From Octopus sinensis (lineage: Eukaryota), in the NCBI RefSeq assembly GCF_006345805.1, contig NC_043006.1:34100001-34164000 (forward strand): 64,000 nt of DNA, given 5' to 3'. Positions 27,466-41,529 of this stretch are shown here, piece by piece. Numbering within the stretch: position 1 is the first letter of the stretch; every line of letters starts with the position of its first letter. The notes beneath the pieces are model-generated. The model ran no database searches. It was not told the DNA's origin and was given only the letters and a program-made list of their open reading frames with translations. Made by a program: the position numbers and the translations under genes.

Positions 27466-27987
27466 TCCTCTCATATCATCATCATCATCATTGTCGTTTA
27501 ACATCTGCTTTCCATGCTAGCATGGGTTGGACGGTTTGACTGTGGACTGGCGAACCAGATGGCTGCACCAGGCTCCAGTCTTGATCTGGCAGAGTTTCTA
27601 CACCTGGATGCCCTTCCTAATGCCAACCACTCCGAGAGTGTAGTGAGTGCTTTTACGTGCCACTAGCACAGGGGCCACTCAAGAACACAATGCACCACCC
27701 GATCTGGGATTCAAAACCACAATCCATTGACTGTGAGTGCATCACCCTAACCACTAATTCACATAAGTAAGTTTTTAATTAATTATTATTAAGAAATTGT
27801 CTGTTGTTGGCAACAAAACCAACAAATTCAACTGTAATTAAGTATGGCCAATTTACTTCCAATTACAGAAAACTATATATATATATGCACACGCAAGCAC
27901 ACACACACACACAAGCAAGCGCACACACACACACACACAAGCAAGCACACATGTGCACACACAGATGTACATGTATGTATGTATGTA

Positions 27988-28041
<54 letters not shown>

Positions 28042-29109
28042 ATATATACACACATAAATATATGGAGATATATATACACACACAAACATTTATTTACCAA
28101 TTAACCCATTTACATACCAATCCAGACAGTTTATTACAAATCAAACACATCCTGATTATATGATTTACTTCTGTACATTTCTTTATATTTTGTCTGATTA
28201 TAAGAACCATAAATAACTATCACCATCATCATCATCATCATCATCACCATCATCATAATCATTAGGAAATGATGAAACTGATTTTCTCTCTGATTCATGG
28301 AAGCTTTCTTGCTACCAATTCTAACTTATCAACAACCCAAGCTGAATGAAGGAGCCTCTATGTGGTTACTCAACCAATTAGAAATAGCAGCCAAATCTTC
28401 TTCAAAACATCCATACACCACATTCTATAATTGTTCTTGTTGTTACACTATCTCTGAAAAATAAAGGTGAGATGGTTGTGGATGGGATGTCACAAGCAAC
28501 AAAAAAACAAAAAGAATAAATATGTGTATTATTCTTTGCATCTTTTCCCTTCGAATTACTCAATTTCTAATTCAAAATTCTGTTATGAAGAAATGATTAT
28601 CTCCTTTGTATTAAGTGTCCAATAGGGGACTCCACAAATTTCAAATAATATTTAACTCCACTTTATGGCATATTAAATAGGTATAAAATAAAACTTCCTT
28701 TCGATAGAACTCCAAGCACTTCCCACAGTGTGCTAGAGTCCTTTTAATGTGGCACCAGCACCAGTGTGGTCACTGAGCACCTGCAAATCAAAACCCACCA
28801 ACTGGGATAGAATGAAAGGATAAAAATCTAAGATGGGGAGAAAGGAGCCAGTGCTTTGCTGAAGAGGTGAAGACATGGCTTGCCCACCTACAGAGAGAGA
28901 GAGAGAGATGTGAGGTCAAGGTACAAGGTGAATATGAGGAACAGCAAAAGTGAAAGTGTAGATAAGTGTACTGAGAGAAAAGTGTGTGATAGATAATTAG
29001 AGAAAGGGAATGAGTTGGGTGCAGTGGACTTCAGCAGAGGGGAATGGAAAGAAGTAAACAGAGTAAGGTACAAGATTGATGGATGTTAATAATGAGTTGT
29101 TGGGGAAGG

Positions 29110-30490
29110 CTTGACAGAACCTCAACTCTTCCAAGGTGGACAGGTCTTCTCAAGTCCAGTATAGTGTCATTCTTCTCATTCATCTGAGAGGCTCAACATC
29201 TCAAGGTCAATCTTCATCACTTCATTCCACGTCTTCCTAGGTCTTCTTCCACAGTCTCCTCCCACATTTAACGATTGACACTTCTTTATACAGCTGTCCT
29301 CATCCATCAACATCGAACGACCCCTACCAGTGCAGTCTTCTCTTCTGCGCACCACCCATGATGCCTCTTATGCTCAATTTTTCTCTTGGTACATTTTTAT
29401 TTTGTCGTACTTGCACACTGCCATCGCGCATCCATTGGACCATGCTACTTTCATTTCTGTCTTTGAATGTCATTCACATTCACAGCTCAAGTTTCATAGC
29501 CATATAGCTTTGCTGTCCACATACAAGCCTCATACAATCTGCTGTCCATGCTGTGAGAGAGACCTTTTCTTACCAACAGAGGTGATAGTTGTCTTAACCT
29601 TTTTCCAGCCAGTTCTAATTCTGGTAACTATACTTTCAGAGCATCCTCCTCCACTACAAATTAGGTAACCTAGGTAACAGAAACTATATACAACCTTATC
29701 ATGGGCATTTGAAGAAATTTGTTTCTGTGTGTTCTTTGAGTTTATTGTTCCTGCACATCTGCTACTCACAAACACTACTTTCTCTGTTACCTTTTCTGTG
29801 ATACAACTGCATCTCTTGTGTGTCCTTAGGCTACACTATGTACACCATATGGAATTTCTACCTACTCCTTGTCTACATATAGAACAGGGCCATTTACTTA
29901 AAGGGGTCAGCATCCTGCTTTTGGTCCTTAAGTTAACTTTAAGACCCTTCAATTTCAGGTTTTGCTTCCACACCTGGAATTTCATTTCCATTTCTACTAC
30001 AATTTTATTGATAAAACCATGGTCATTAGCACAGAGATACTCCCATAAGCAGCTGATTTTGAATTTCTCAGGTTTGGCCTAGAAGACTATGATAAATAGG
30101 AGAAACTGATTACTGATCCCAGAGGGGCTCCCACTGAATTCCTCACTGTACCCATTGTTAATTATTACTTTGCTGGCTGCATCCCTGAACATGGCTTCAA
30201 TGATCCTCACTAGCCATTCAGTTACTCCTTGCTTCTGCAGTGACCCCTAATGAGAGAACAAGGCACCCTGTCAAAGGCTTTCTTCAGGTTAATGAATATT
30301 GTGTCCAGTGGTTTCCTTTTTACTGGGTACTTCTGTTGTTACCAAATTATAAAGAGAGCATCAGTAGTACATCTCCGTTAGCTTTCTTCCTAATTAATTG
30401 AACTATGACTCTTCCGATGACTTTCATAACCTGGTCCAGTAATTTGATATCTCTGTAACAGCTTCTCTCTAAGACAATTCTTTTGCTTTT
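29110..30490 (-). mobile_element. RTE LINE remnant (RT, PHD-like insert, C-terminus)
   Basis: SFCYLG, GGGCSESIVTRIRTGW, and homology to 58311-59470 and 61522-62330. Confidence 0.75.
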
Positions 30491-31039
30491 GTTACAGTTG
30501 ACTATGACATATGCAACCATAAAGCTTGCTGTTTGAATGTTAAAGTGTTAATCACAAAACCAGTCAGCTATCACATCAAAAATGTCACAGAAAAAAAAGA
30601 AATGAATCAACAAAACAATGTAATAAGACAATATAATAAAATAATATATATTGCCATAAAATCTCTTTTATGCTATGGAACAATAAAGATTTTTATATTC
30701 CTCTTCAGCCCAGTGGAGTAGAGGGTGTGGTGGTGGAAGCAGTAGTGGTGGTGGTGGGGGGATATATTCATTTAAGTCAAGAGCATTGATAATTTCTTGT
30801 CTCCATTGTAATATATAGGAACACGCATGGTCTGAAGATCCACCAGGCAGATATGGAATGTTTGGAGATGCTGCATGTGCCACAGCACAGTGGAAATAAG
30901 TCTGGTGAGATGCAAGAAGAGCCAGAGCCGAAGTCAACTGGCTGGGTTACCTAGGTGAGGACAGCTAATGTTGAAAGACACAAAACACACCGAATGACCC
31001 CAGGAAACATCCTTGATGTATTCAGCTGCATCACAGGGT

Positions 31040-31352
31040 TTGTTTCTTTTTGTTTGTTCCTTCTCGAGCCATACTTGGCTCATAAGGGCCGGTTTCCCGG
31101 TTTCCTTGGCGTATAGGTTCCCCACCTGGATGGGACGCTGGTCCATCACAGGTGAGCTGCTAGATGCAGGAGGAAAGAGTGAGAGAAAGCTGTAGCGAAA
31201 GAGTCAGCAGAAGTTCGCCATAACCGTCTGCCGGAGTCGCGTGAAGCTAAGGTGTTTCGCTCATAAACACACACATCGCCCGATCTGAGATTCGAACCCG
31301 CGATCCATCGAGCGCAAGTCCACTGCTCCAACCACTAGGCTATGTGCTTCCA
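31040..31352 (-). mobile_element. CpG-rich tRNA-derived SINE
   Basis: A-box TAGCCTAGTGG, B-box GGGTTCGAATC; CTGTGATGGACCAGCGTCCCATCCAGG body; related copy near 50380-50560. Confidence 0.75.
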
Positions 31353-33810
31353 CGTGCATCACAGGGTGATGTTGGGTAAAACTGGGTATTGTTTTTGTTA
31401 TCTTTGGTTCCCTGTCAACCCTAATAAAGCAAACCTATTATAATCAAAATTATCTCAGCCCCCAACAATGGTTTTTATCTTTTTCTTTTAGAAGTATATA
31501 TTATCCAAGATCCCCTTCTTTTTTAAAACAGTAGAATGTGATTTAGTGAGATTTATCAGATATTGGTTTCAAACTTTGGCACAAGGCCAGCAATTTTTGA
31601 TGTAAGTTAATTACATCAACCCCAGTGCTCAACTGGTAATTATTTTATCAACCCTGAAATGATGAAAGGCAAACTCAACCACGATAGAATTTGAACTCAC
31701 AATCTAAGGACAAATGGAATGCTGCTAAGTACTTTGCCCAGCATGCTAACGAGTCTATCAGCTCGTTGCCTTAATGATTTGGCAGATATTAGAAGCAGCT
31801 TAAGGCAGGGAAGCTAGAGATCCACTCTCATTGGTTCAGTTGTTTTGGTGTTGTTTCTGCAGCTGCTGCTTGCGATGATGAGGAAGATGCTGAAAAATGC
31901 AAAATGAGATGACTGGATGCAGACGATTTGTCATGGCTGACTGGACATAAAACCTGTTTGGGTGACAGGAATTTTTGATGTAGGAGGCGAATACACAGAC
32001 GCATGTGTGCATGCACATGCATACACACACATGGACGTATACAAGTACGTACAGAAATATACAGAAAGTGAGAAACATTACAATTTATTGAACTCGACTA
32101 GTATAAGCACTCTCCCTTCCACATTCTCATAAAAATATGCTCCTGTGGAGAGAGAGAGAGAATGGAAGAGAAGGAGCAAATGAGAGAAATATCAAAATAC
32201 TTGATATGAAATGGTGAGGCTCAGATCAGTGGCACCAAAGGAGTGGCACCAAAAGAGATTTTAAAAAAAAGTTGGCACCCCTTTGGCTATGATGGCAAAT
32301 GTTCCCATGGGACAGCCTGCTCATGAAATTAATGTGCAAGTGGCTGAGTGCTCCACAGACATGCATACCCTTAATGTAGTTCTCAGAGAGATTTAGTGTG
32401 ACAGAATGTAACAAGGCTGGCCTGTTTTGAATTGCAGGTACAACTCATTTTTACCAGCTGAGTGGACTAGAGCAATGTGAAATAAAGTGTCTTGCTCAAG
32501 GACACAATGTGTTGTCAGGATATTGAACCCAGGGCCTTATGCTCATGAGTTGAATGCCCAAGCCACTGAGCCACATGTCTTCACACCACCAATAGATAAG
32601 ACTATATGTACAAGTGACATTACATGGCAGCCAACTGAAATAAATCACTTGCACAAACCAAGTATTTCAGTGCATATTATTAAGTTGTGGAGAGAGCTTT
32701 GTCTAAAAACGAGCCAATCTAATTAACCTTGCCTGAACTCCTACATATAAATGATGACAAACTGTGTGTCACCCGGTACCAGTTCTTATCTTTAATTCCA
32801 GTCAACACTAAGATGCTTAACATAATAAACAAAAGGTTTGTAGTTTTAGTAACGGAAATCTTTTCAAAATCTCTTATCTGAAAAACAACTCCGTTTCAGA
32901 AACAATTACACAACCAATCATTTTATAAATACAACACTGTATCTCTCTCTCTCTCTGTCTATCTTCTCTTTCTCCCCTTCTCTAAAAACAGAAAGAAAAA
33001 TCTCCTCAAAATATCAGTTACCAAAATGATCTGATATTAAGTCACCTAATCATGTTTTTATAAATCTCACGAGGAAACAGTTAAAAGCAAAATCAGGCAC
33101 AGGACACTATTCAGATTGAAGTATTTATTAACTTAAACAAACTTAAGTGTTTCACATTGTAACTCCACAAATCATTTATGCTTGAATATTTACGACGCAT
33201 CTACCCTGTCCATAACATAGTTTTGAGCTTATCAAAAACAATATCATACTATTTATGATATTATTATCAAAGAGAAAGGCAGTGAAATGGTAGAATTGTT
33301 AGCATTTTTTATGCTTCGTGACATTTTGTCAGCCTTTACTTTCTGAGTTCAAATTCTGCTAAAGTCAAGTTTGCCTTTCATCCTTTTGGGATCATTGAAA
33401 TAAGTACCAGTTATGCACTGGGGTTGGCCATTATCAAAGTTTAAAATCAATATTATCAAGAAGAATAAAATGTGGTGTTCTCCAAGGTTCTGCTTTTGAT
33501 GCATTTATTATTCATTGTCTGTATTAATAACTTCCGTACATCATCATTATCCTCATTGTTTTAATGTCCTCTTTACTTGCTTGCATGGGTCAGACAAAAT
33601 TTGTTGAGGCATCACCACCACACCAGCTGCTCCATCATCATTATACATCCACAATTCACCTTTAAGATCAGGGAACCAGTTAGGGCTCGCTGGATCTCTC
33701 TTGGCATACCAGCAAACCATAAAATCACACCAGCCAGCATCACCACTACCTTCAAGCCTGTCATGTATGTATGTATGTATGTATGTATGTATGTATGTAT
33801 GTGTGTGTGT

Positions 33811-33842
<32 letters not shown>

Positions 33843-34214
33843 ATCATCACCATTGCTTGACAACTGATGTTGATGCATTTGCATCCCTGTAATTTAGCTG
33901 TTCAGCAGAAGAGACTGATAGAATAAGCACCAAGCTTACAGGGAATAAGTCCAGAGATCAATTTCATCAAAGGACTGAAACAAGTAAAAGAATACCAGAA
34001 AAACGTTCCATACCACTAAACCAAGGAGGTTCTTTGAATATGTATGACATATTTTAAGGTTAAATAGTAATTCCATTTATGTTTGTGTAACTGAAAAATT
34101 TTGCTTGGATTAGATAGTCATTGGTGTTACATTACTTGTTATATTATGCAACAGGACAGAGGGCTGGCAGAATCGTTAGCACGCCAGGCGAAATGCTTAG
34201 TATACGAATCCCAG

Positions 34215-34705
34215 TATACCAATCATGACTACTTGTCTGATAAGGGTACACCAGGCACATGCATCACAACCATATGTGCACGACATGCTGATCTCATATC
34301 AAGATAAACAGCGCATGACCTTGCAGATGGGGCCCAGTTAGAATTTTCTTCTGGTCGATTAGACCATCCTGCTCAAAAGGTCCCTGAATAAGGATTGTTT
34401 AAGGATGTTGAACGAACCACCCATGTTTCCAAAGATGAATTATCCAAACCTCTAAGAATTCCTTTCAACACATGGCTATGATGCTCCCCCACTACTTCTG
34501 CTCATGATCAGAGATGCACATATCATCAGCATGTACATATGCTCAAATGGTTAAGGTCAAACAACTGACAAGCAAATCTGTTGTATTGAGCAGAATATTT
34601 GCTGTAGCCCATCTTTTATACCAAGACAAAACATGTACATGATAACACATCCAATCAGTTATGATCAGAAGCCATGAGAGCCAGTGCCTAGTATTGCATC
34701 AGGCA
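34215..34705 (-). mobile_element. Unclassified ~0.5-kb element abutting the 3' (AAT)n tail of the Dong-like LINE
   Basis: Non-coding, compositionally distinct block between a SINE head and a (TTA)n tract; class not determinable. Confidence 0.35.
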
Positions 34706-34706
34706 T

Positions 34707-37624
34707 TTATTATTATTATTATTATTATTCTATGTTTGACTTTTGCTTTATATTTGTACAAGTTGGCTCCAAGTCTCACCCAGAGACCTCAAGAGACAAC
34801 AGGGTTGGAAGTTCATGTTGTTGTTATGCCTAGTGTGCCATATATTTGGGGGGTGGGGATGTTGTACTAATGAATGTCTAAAAAAAAAAAAAAGTTTTTT
34901 TTTCCTTTTTTTTTTTTTTTTTTTTTTAAACCGAAAATTATGGTTGTTTTAAACCTTGAGGTTACATAGAGAGTATTTTGCGTAGGATATGAGCAGTTCC
35001 CATGAGCACTATCTTTCTTGAACTTCTGCCATTTTTGGGTTTCCTGGTTTCTGAGTTAGGTAGCTATCAGCCCCTTTTGCTATCATTCCCAGGGCACCTA
35101 TGACAACAGGTATTGTTTTAGTCTTCAGCTTCCACATTTTGCTGATTTCTATTTCAAGATCTTTATATTTGCTCAGTTTTTGGTAGGTCCTGACAGATAC
35201 GTTTATATCGATTGGGACAGTCATATCAATGAGGAGGCATGTTCTTTGTTTGAAGTCTTTCAATATGATGTCTGGCCTATTTGCATCTATCTTCCTGTCA
35301 GTTTGAATGGTGAAGTTCCAGAGGAGTGAGATGTGGTCATTTTCAAGCACTGGGGGTGGTTTGTGTTCCCACCAGTTTTTTTCATGGGGCAAATCCAGGT
35401 TTTTACAGATTACCCAGTGAATATATTGTGCAGCTCTATCGTGCCTGTTAAGATACTCTGTAGGCGCTAGAAGACTGCACTTGGAGACCACATGGTCAAT
35501 GGTTTCATTTTGTTGCTTGCATACCACACGTTGGACTGCTTCTGATCTTTAATATGTTGGCCTGGTAGTTTCTTGTTGGTAGGCATTGATCTTGAGCTGC
35601 TATGATAAACCCCTCTGTTTCAGATTTTAAGCCAGAGGCCATTAGCCATTGATGGGTCAGGGCTTTGTCGATATCTGCATTATTCGCTCTCTTTGGGTAT
35701 TTGCCATAGAGAGGTTTTTCTTGCCATTTATTATTCAGAATATCTAAGGCCGCAGTTTTGGCACGGGTTTTCATGCGCCTAGCTTTTTCTGTGCTTGTTT
35801 CTTGTATGTCTATCTCTAATTCCGAAATTGGTTGTATTCGGAATTCACTTAGATTTCCTTTGCCTGTTTTGTGACTGAGTATGATGCTTTCTTGTTTTCA
35901 TGTTTTGAGACAAGTTTTAACATCCAGTCCTCAGAGTTTTTCAGGTAGGTGTCTAGGCCAATTGTAGCAATCTTCATTGTTATTGCCAGTTGCAAAAGAC
36001 CACGGCCTCCCTCTTTTCTTGGCAGATAGAGTCGTTCTGTATCTGCCTTAGGGTGGTGCATTCTATGCATTGTCAACAGTTTCCTTATTTTTCTGTCAAG
36101 CTGACATATTTCAGTAATTGACCAGTTAACAATATTGAAACTGTAAGTCACGACTGGTATAGCTAATGCATTGATTGCTTCGATCCTGTTTCTTGCATTC
36201 AGCTCTGTCTTGAGTATTGCTCTCACTCTTCGATAGCATTCTCTCCTGATCCTTTCTTCATCTCTGAATGCCTTATTCCGTTCCCTTCAATTACCCCTAG
36301 GTACTTGTAGCTCTCCCGCTGGGTCTAGTTCTTTTATGACATTCTGTTGGTCAAGGTTAACGTTAGATGTTTCTGTCATTTTTCCTTTGATAAAGGTAGC
36401 CTTTGCACATTTATCGAGGCCGAATTGCATTCTGATGTCGTCACTGAATTGTTTGACTATCGCTAGTAAGCCCTTGAGTTGTTGATCATTTTTTGCAAAA
36501 AGCTTTAAATCATCCATGTAAACGAGATGATTTATATTTTTATCAAACATTTTATACCCGTACTGCGCGTCATTGAGCAGCTTTGAGAGAGGTATTAAGG
36601 ATAAACAAAAGAGGAGTGGTGACAGTGAGTCACCCTGGAAAATGCCACACGAAATTTTTACATCACCAGCATTTAGGGATTCACTGTCACTGTTCAGAGT
36701 AGTGTGGTTCTCCATGATCTCATACTTACAGTCAAGAAGTTTCGCAGAGTTGGTGCTATCTTATACATTTCAAGGCATTTCCTAATCCAGCTATGTGGTA
36801 GGCTATCAAAAGCCTTTTTATAGTCTATCCAGGCTATTGATAAGTTTTTGTGTCGTTTGTGACAATCTTCTAAGATCATCTTATTGATGAGTAGTTGGTC
36901 TTTACAGCCGTAGGATCCACGTTTACATCCTTTCTGTTCATTAGGGAATATGCTGCTGTCTGTTAAAAAACTATAGGTATATTCCGTCAGGACAGATTTA
37001 GTGTTTTGTACATAGTTGTTAAGCAGGTTATGGGTCTATAGTTTTTTGGTTCATTTGTTTCTTCACTTTTGGAAGCAGGAATGTTACCCATTAACTAGCC
37101 AAGGAGGCATCCTACTAGGGTGTTGCAAAACATCATTGTACAGTTCTGTTAGCAGTTCATGGCTCTCTGGGAAGGCATTCAGCCAGAAGTTAGGAATTTT
37201 ATCCTTTCCTGGAGACTTCCATTTGCTTGACCTCCTGAGAGCAGATCTTATATCTTCTACCTTGACACCCTCCCACTTTTGCTCTTCTAAGGGGTCCAGT
37301 TCTGTAGATATTCTGTCAATCCAGGGGGCCTTTTCGTTGTGTGTTTTTTTCTTCTGCCCAGATTTTATTCCAAAATCTCTGCATTCTTCTTTTGATGGTA
37401 CAGACCCTGCAGTAAACGCTGTTTTTCCTATCTTCCTGTAAAAATTCTTGTTGTTATTTTTGAACATGTTGTCCTTGAAAATCTAACACGCTTTTTCATA
37501 CCTCGCTATGCGGGCAGCTTTGGCAGATACCTTTTGTTTGATGGTTTCTATGGTGGCATCAATATCAAGTATAGTTTTCATATTGTATTTTTTCAGTAAT
37601 TTTTGGGTTTTTATTATTTTGGGG

Positions 37625-37628
<4 letters not shown>
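34707..37628 (-). mobile_element. R4/Dong-like non-LTR retrotransposon (RT, CCHC, REL endonuclease), 5'-truncated and frameshifted
   Basis: IAWIDYKKAFDSLPHSW, GIFQGDSLSPLLF, HLVYMDDLKLF, CKQQNETIDHVVSKC, NRHD, RPDII, KLSKYKDL, VVIGALG; (TTA)n at both ends. Confidence 0.92.
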
Positions 37629-37664
<36 letters not shown>

Positions 37665-37977
37665 TATTATAAAGCAATGATAGTGAAGAGGTAGCAGGGG
37701 GAGTGTGTGGGTGTTGATGGCTGTTGGATCTGATCTATTTCTGAGTCTGTTCTGCAATTAGCCAAGACTCCATTGTAAAAGCTTACCCAAGGCATCTTGG
37801 GGTTAATTGAAAACAATTAAAGCAATTAAGTCCAAATAGACATTTCCAACCATGATCTTCTCATGCGTTTTTTTAAAGGCATAGTGCATCTAGGGTTACA
37901 TTATTTGATGTGCCTTTGCTCTTTTAAGATACTACAATGTGAATGATCAAGGGTTAAGGAATAAATTCTATCTCAAC

Positions 37978-38281
37978 CAGTGTTTCCCAACCATTTTTTT
38001 TTAATCTATAGATCCCTCTGATTACTGTTGTATTCTGGTGGACTCCCAAAGCCATCCATTATTTTAAAATTAGTTTTATAGCAAGTTCTTTCAAATTTCC
38101 TACTTGTTTTTCACACATTGTGTAGGTTGAACTATGTAGAACATTTGAGAAAGAAATCTAGCTGCTTCTTGCAATAAATACTTCTAAAACAAGTTTTTCC
38201 AGGAACCCCTAGAATACTACTGTGGACTCAATTTACATTATGGAGCCCCAGGGATCATATAGACCCATTTCAGAACCACTG
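37978..38281. mobile_element. hAT (Charlie-like) MITE
   Basis: Ends CAGTGTTTCCCAA and TTCAGAACCACTG; degenerate 8-bp TSD ATCTCAAC/ACCTAAAC. Confidence 0.6.
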
Positions 38282-39292
38282 ACCTAAACTAAATTACAAT
38301 CTCTCTAAAACTACCTTGTCTTTGTAGTCAATTTATATGATCCCATTTCGGTGATTAAAATCAATAAACAACTTTTAAAATCTATCATAATGCTTTCAGT
38401 ATAATGACCACAATAAAATTTATATTCTCAAGAGATGCATTACAAAATCATGATGACATTATCAAATTAGATAAACTATTGATTAATTTTCAATATAAAT
38501 AAAGCCACATCTTCTCATGCTGCTGCTGCTGATGATGACGTATTTCTTGTTACTTGTAGAATTTATTGTCATTACTATCAGGATTCTACAGGCAACAGTG
38601 GCGCCATAAAAAAGTCCTTAATTCCAAATAATGTAAACTGATAAATCTTCACAGAATTGTTGTTATTAGTGGTCTCACTTTTAGTTAATTGAAACGGAAC
38701 AGTTTTGTTTAAAATATTTGTTCACAAGTGCATTCATATACAGAAACATACACATATAAACGTACTCCATCCCCACATACTTACACACATACACACAAAT
38801 ATACACACATGCATACACACACACACACACACACACACATATGTATATAACTAAAATGACTTAAATTAAGGTTAATCAAGCGAAATGCTTCATGGCATTC
38901 TTTTCCGTCTTTATGTTCTGAGTTCAAATTCTGCCAGTGTCACATCCTTTGAGGGTTAATAAATAAAGTACCAGTGAAACACTGGGATTGGGGTAATTGA
39001 CTAGTCTCCTCCCCCAAAATTTCAGACCTTGAACCTTTAGTGGAAAGGATTATTATTATAGACTGCGCACAATATACAATATAGTGATGTTGTTGATTGA
39101 AGTTATTGTGTCTACTGGGGGTTTGTACTGTTTGTCAAGCCACAACAAAGACCTCAGACAGACAGTACTTTACGCAATATGTGTGTAGTTCCAAGTAATG
39201 CTAACTTTTGCAACACATCTAGATTGTAGGGTATTTCTAAGGTTTTCAGATGTTTTTTTTTTCAGATTGGGTGGTACTGAACCCAATTATTA

Positions 39293-39329
<37 letters not shown>

Positions 39330-39330
39330 A

Positions 39331-39545
39331 AAGGCGGTGAGCAGCCAGAATTATTAGCATGCCGGGAGAAATGTTTAGTGGTATTTCATCTGCTATGTGC
39401 TGTGTTCAAATTTCACCAAGAATGACTTTACCTTTCATCCTTTTGGGGTCAATGAAATAAGTACCAGTTAAACACTAGGGTCAATGTAATTGACTCATCC
39501 CTCTCCCCCAAAATTGCTGCCCTTGTGGAAAAATCTGAAACCATT
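39331..39545 (+). mobile_element. tRNA-derived SINE (family B) embedded in (TTA)n
   Basis: AAGGCGGTGAGC head and TTTCATCCTTTTGGGGTCAATGAAATAAGTACCAG core, which recurs many times in the window. Confidence 0.75.
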
Positions 39546-39735
39546 ATTATTATTATTATTATTATCATCATCATCTCCTCCCACAAATTTTCAGGCCTTG
39601 TGAATATAGTAGAAAGGGTTATTATGATGGATGGCACAATTAGTTGAGTATTGGAGAGAATAATGTCTTTTTTTTACTTGTTTCAATCATTTGAGTGCAA
39701 CCATGCTGGTGCACAATATTTAGTTGAGCAAATCG

Positions 39736-40223
39736 ACTCCAGGACTTATTCTTTGTAAGTCTAGTGCTTATTCTATTGGTCTCTTTTGATGAACTACTAA
39801 GTTACAGGGAGGTAAGCACACTAACATTGGCTGTCAAGCAATGGTGGGCGGGGGTCAAACACAGACACAAACATACACACACGCATATATATATTCTTTT
39901 ATTCTTTTATTTGTTTCAGTCATTTGACTGCAGTCATGCTGGGGCATGGCTTTAGTCGAGCAAATTAACTCCAGGACTTATTCTTTGTAAGTCTAGTGCT
40001 TATTCTATTGGTCTCTTTTGATGAACTACTAAGTTACAGGGAGGTAAGCACACTAACATTGGCTGTCAAGCAATGGTGGGCGGGGGTCAAACACAGACAC
40101 AAACATACACACACGCATATATATATTCTTTTATTCTTTTATTTGTTTCAGTCATTTGACTGCAGTCATGCTGGGGCATGGCTTTAGTCGAGCAAATTAA
40201 CTCCAGGACTTATTCTTTGTAAG
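39736..40223. repeat. Perfect 232-bp-period tandem duplication within SINE tails
   Basis: Identical ORFs at 39764 and 39996; identity runs 39736-39991 versus 39968-40223. Confidence 0.92.
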
Positions 40224-40335
40224 CCTAGTACTTATTTTATCAGTCTCTTTTGCTGAACCACTAAGTGACAGGGACATAAACACACCAGCATCGGTTGTCA
40301 AGTGATGTTGGGGGACAAACACAGACACACAAGCA

Positions 40336-40377
<42 letters not shown>

Positions 40378-41066
40378 ACGGGCTTCTTTCAGTTTCTGTC
40401 TACCAAATCCACTAACAAGGCTTTGGTTGGCCTGTGGCTATAGTAGAAGACACTTGCCCAAGGTGCCATGCAGAGGGACTGAACCCAGAATCATGTGGTT
40501 GGTAAGCAAGCTACTTACCACACAGCCACTCCTATATATATATATGACGGGCTGCTTTCAGTTTCCATCTACCAAATCCACTCATAAGGCTTTGGTGGGC
40601 CCAAGGTTATAGTAGAAGACACTTACCCAAGGTGCCACGTAGTAGGACTGAACCCGGAACCATGTGGTTGGGAAGCAAGCTTCTTACCACACAGCCATGC
40701 CTGCGACTTAAGTTACATTTCTTTCAAATCTGAGTTCAAATCAAAACATACTGACTTTGCCATTCCAGATAAGAGTGAGGTCAATAAAATAAGTACCAGT
40801 TATAAACTGTGGTCTGGTTGTTCTGCTCTAACTATTCTTTCAATTTGTGGTTTTGTTTCCATGTTAAAAAGCAAAAAAACTTTATTCCTATTATCAGTAT
40901 TATCACTTTGCTGAAAACTGGGTCTTTGCATTCACTTATGTTATATTGTTTCTGAGAAATAATGAATTAATCAATCCCTTCCAGGAATATCATTAAGTGT
41001 GCTGCATTAAGCTTTAATTAAGTGTGCATGCATGTACATATACATAATGTATTGACGTACACAAAC

Positions 41067-41140
<74 letters not shown>

Positions 41141-41529
41141 CGAAAGAGAATATGTGTGAGATGTGTCAACCATTTTAATCATCTGAGATGATTTAATTAC
41201 TGTGTAATATATCTGTAGGTGGCAGGGTAGAGAAGAGGTGTGTGGTACTTTTGCGTTCGTATGTGCATATGCATGCATTGTGCATGTGTAGTGTGTGTTT
41301 TTGTGTGTGTGTGTACATGTACATAGAGCTTTGGCTGTAAGTGTATCTGTGCTTCCTGAGTGTGTATCTCTCTCTCTCTCTCTCTTTCTATGTGCTTGGT
41401 GTCCCCATAGTGTGTATAATGTGTATATAAAGTGGTTAGTCTATAAGTAGTCTACTTATGGGGTTCATGAGTGTGTAACTCCCTGAGTAGGTGTGAACAT
41501 GTTATGTGATTATGTGGATGTTCATATGT

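Noticed and set aside
31845-31960. Possible exon after a TTGTTTCTGCAG acceptor (AACDDEEDAEKCKMR*)
   Set aside because: All three frames stop quickly, with no recognisable homology or partner exons; it cannot be supported without RNA data
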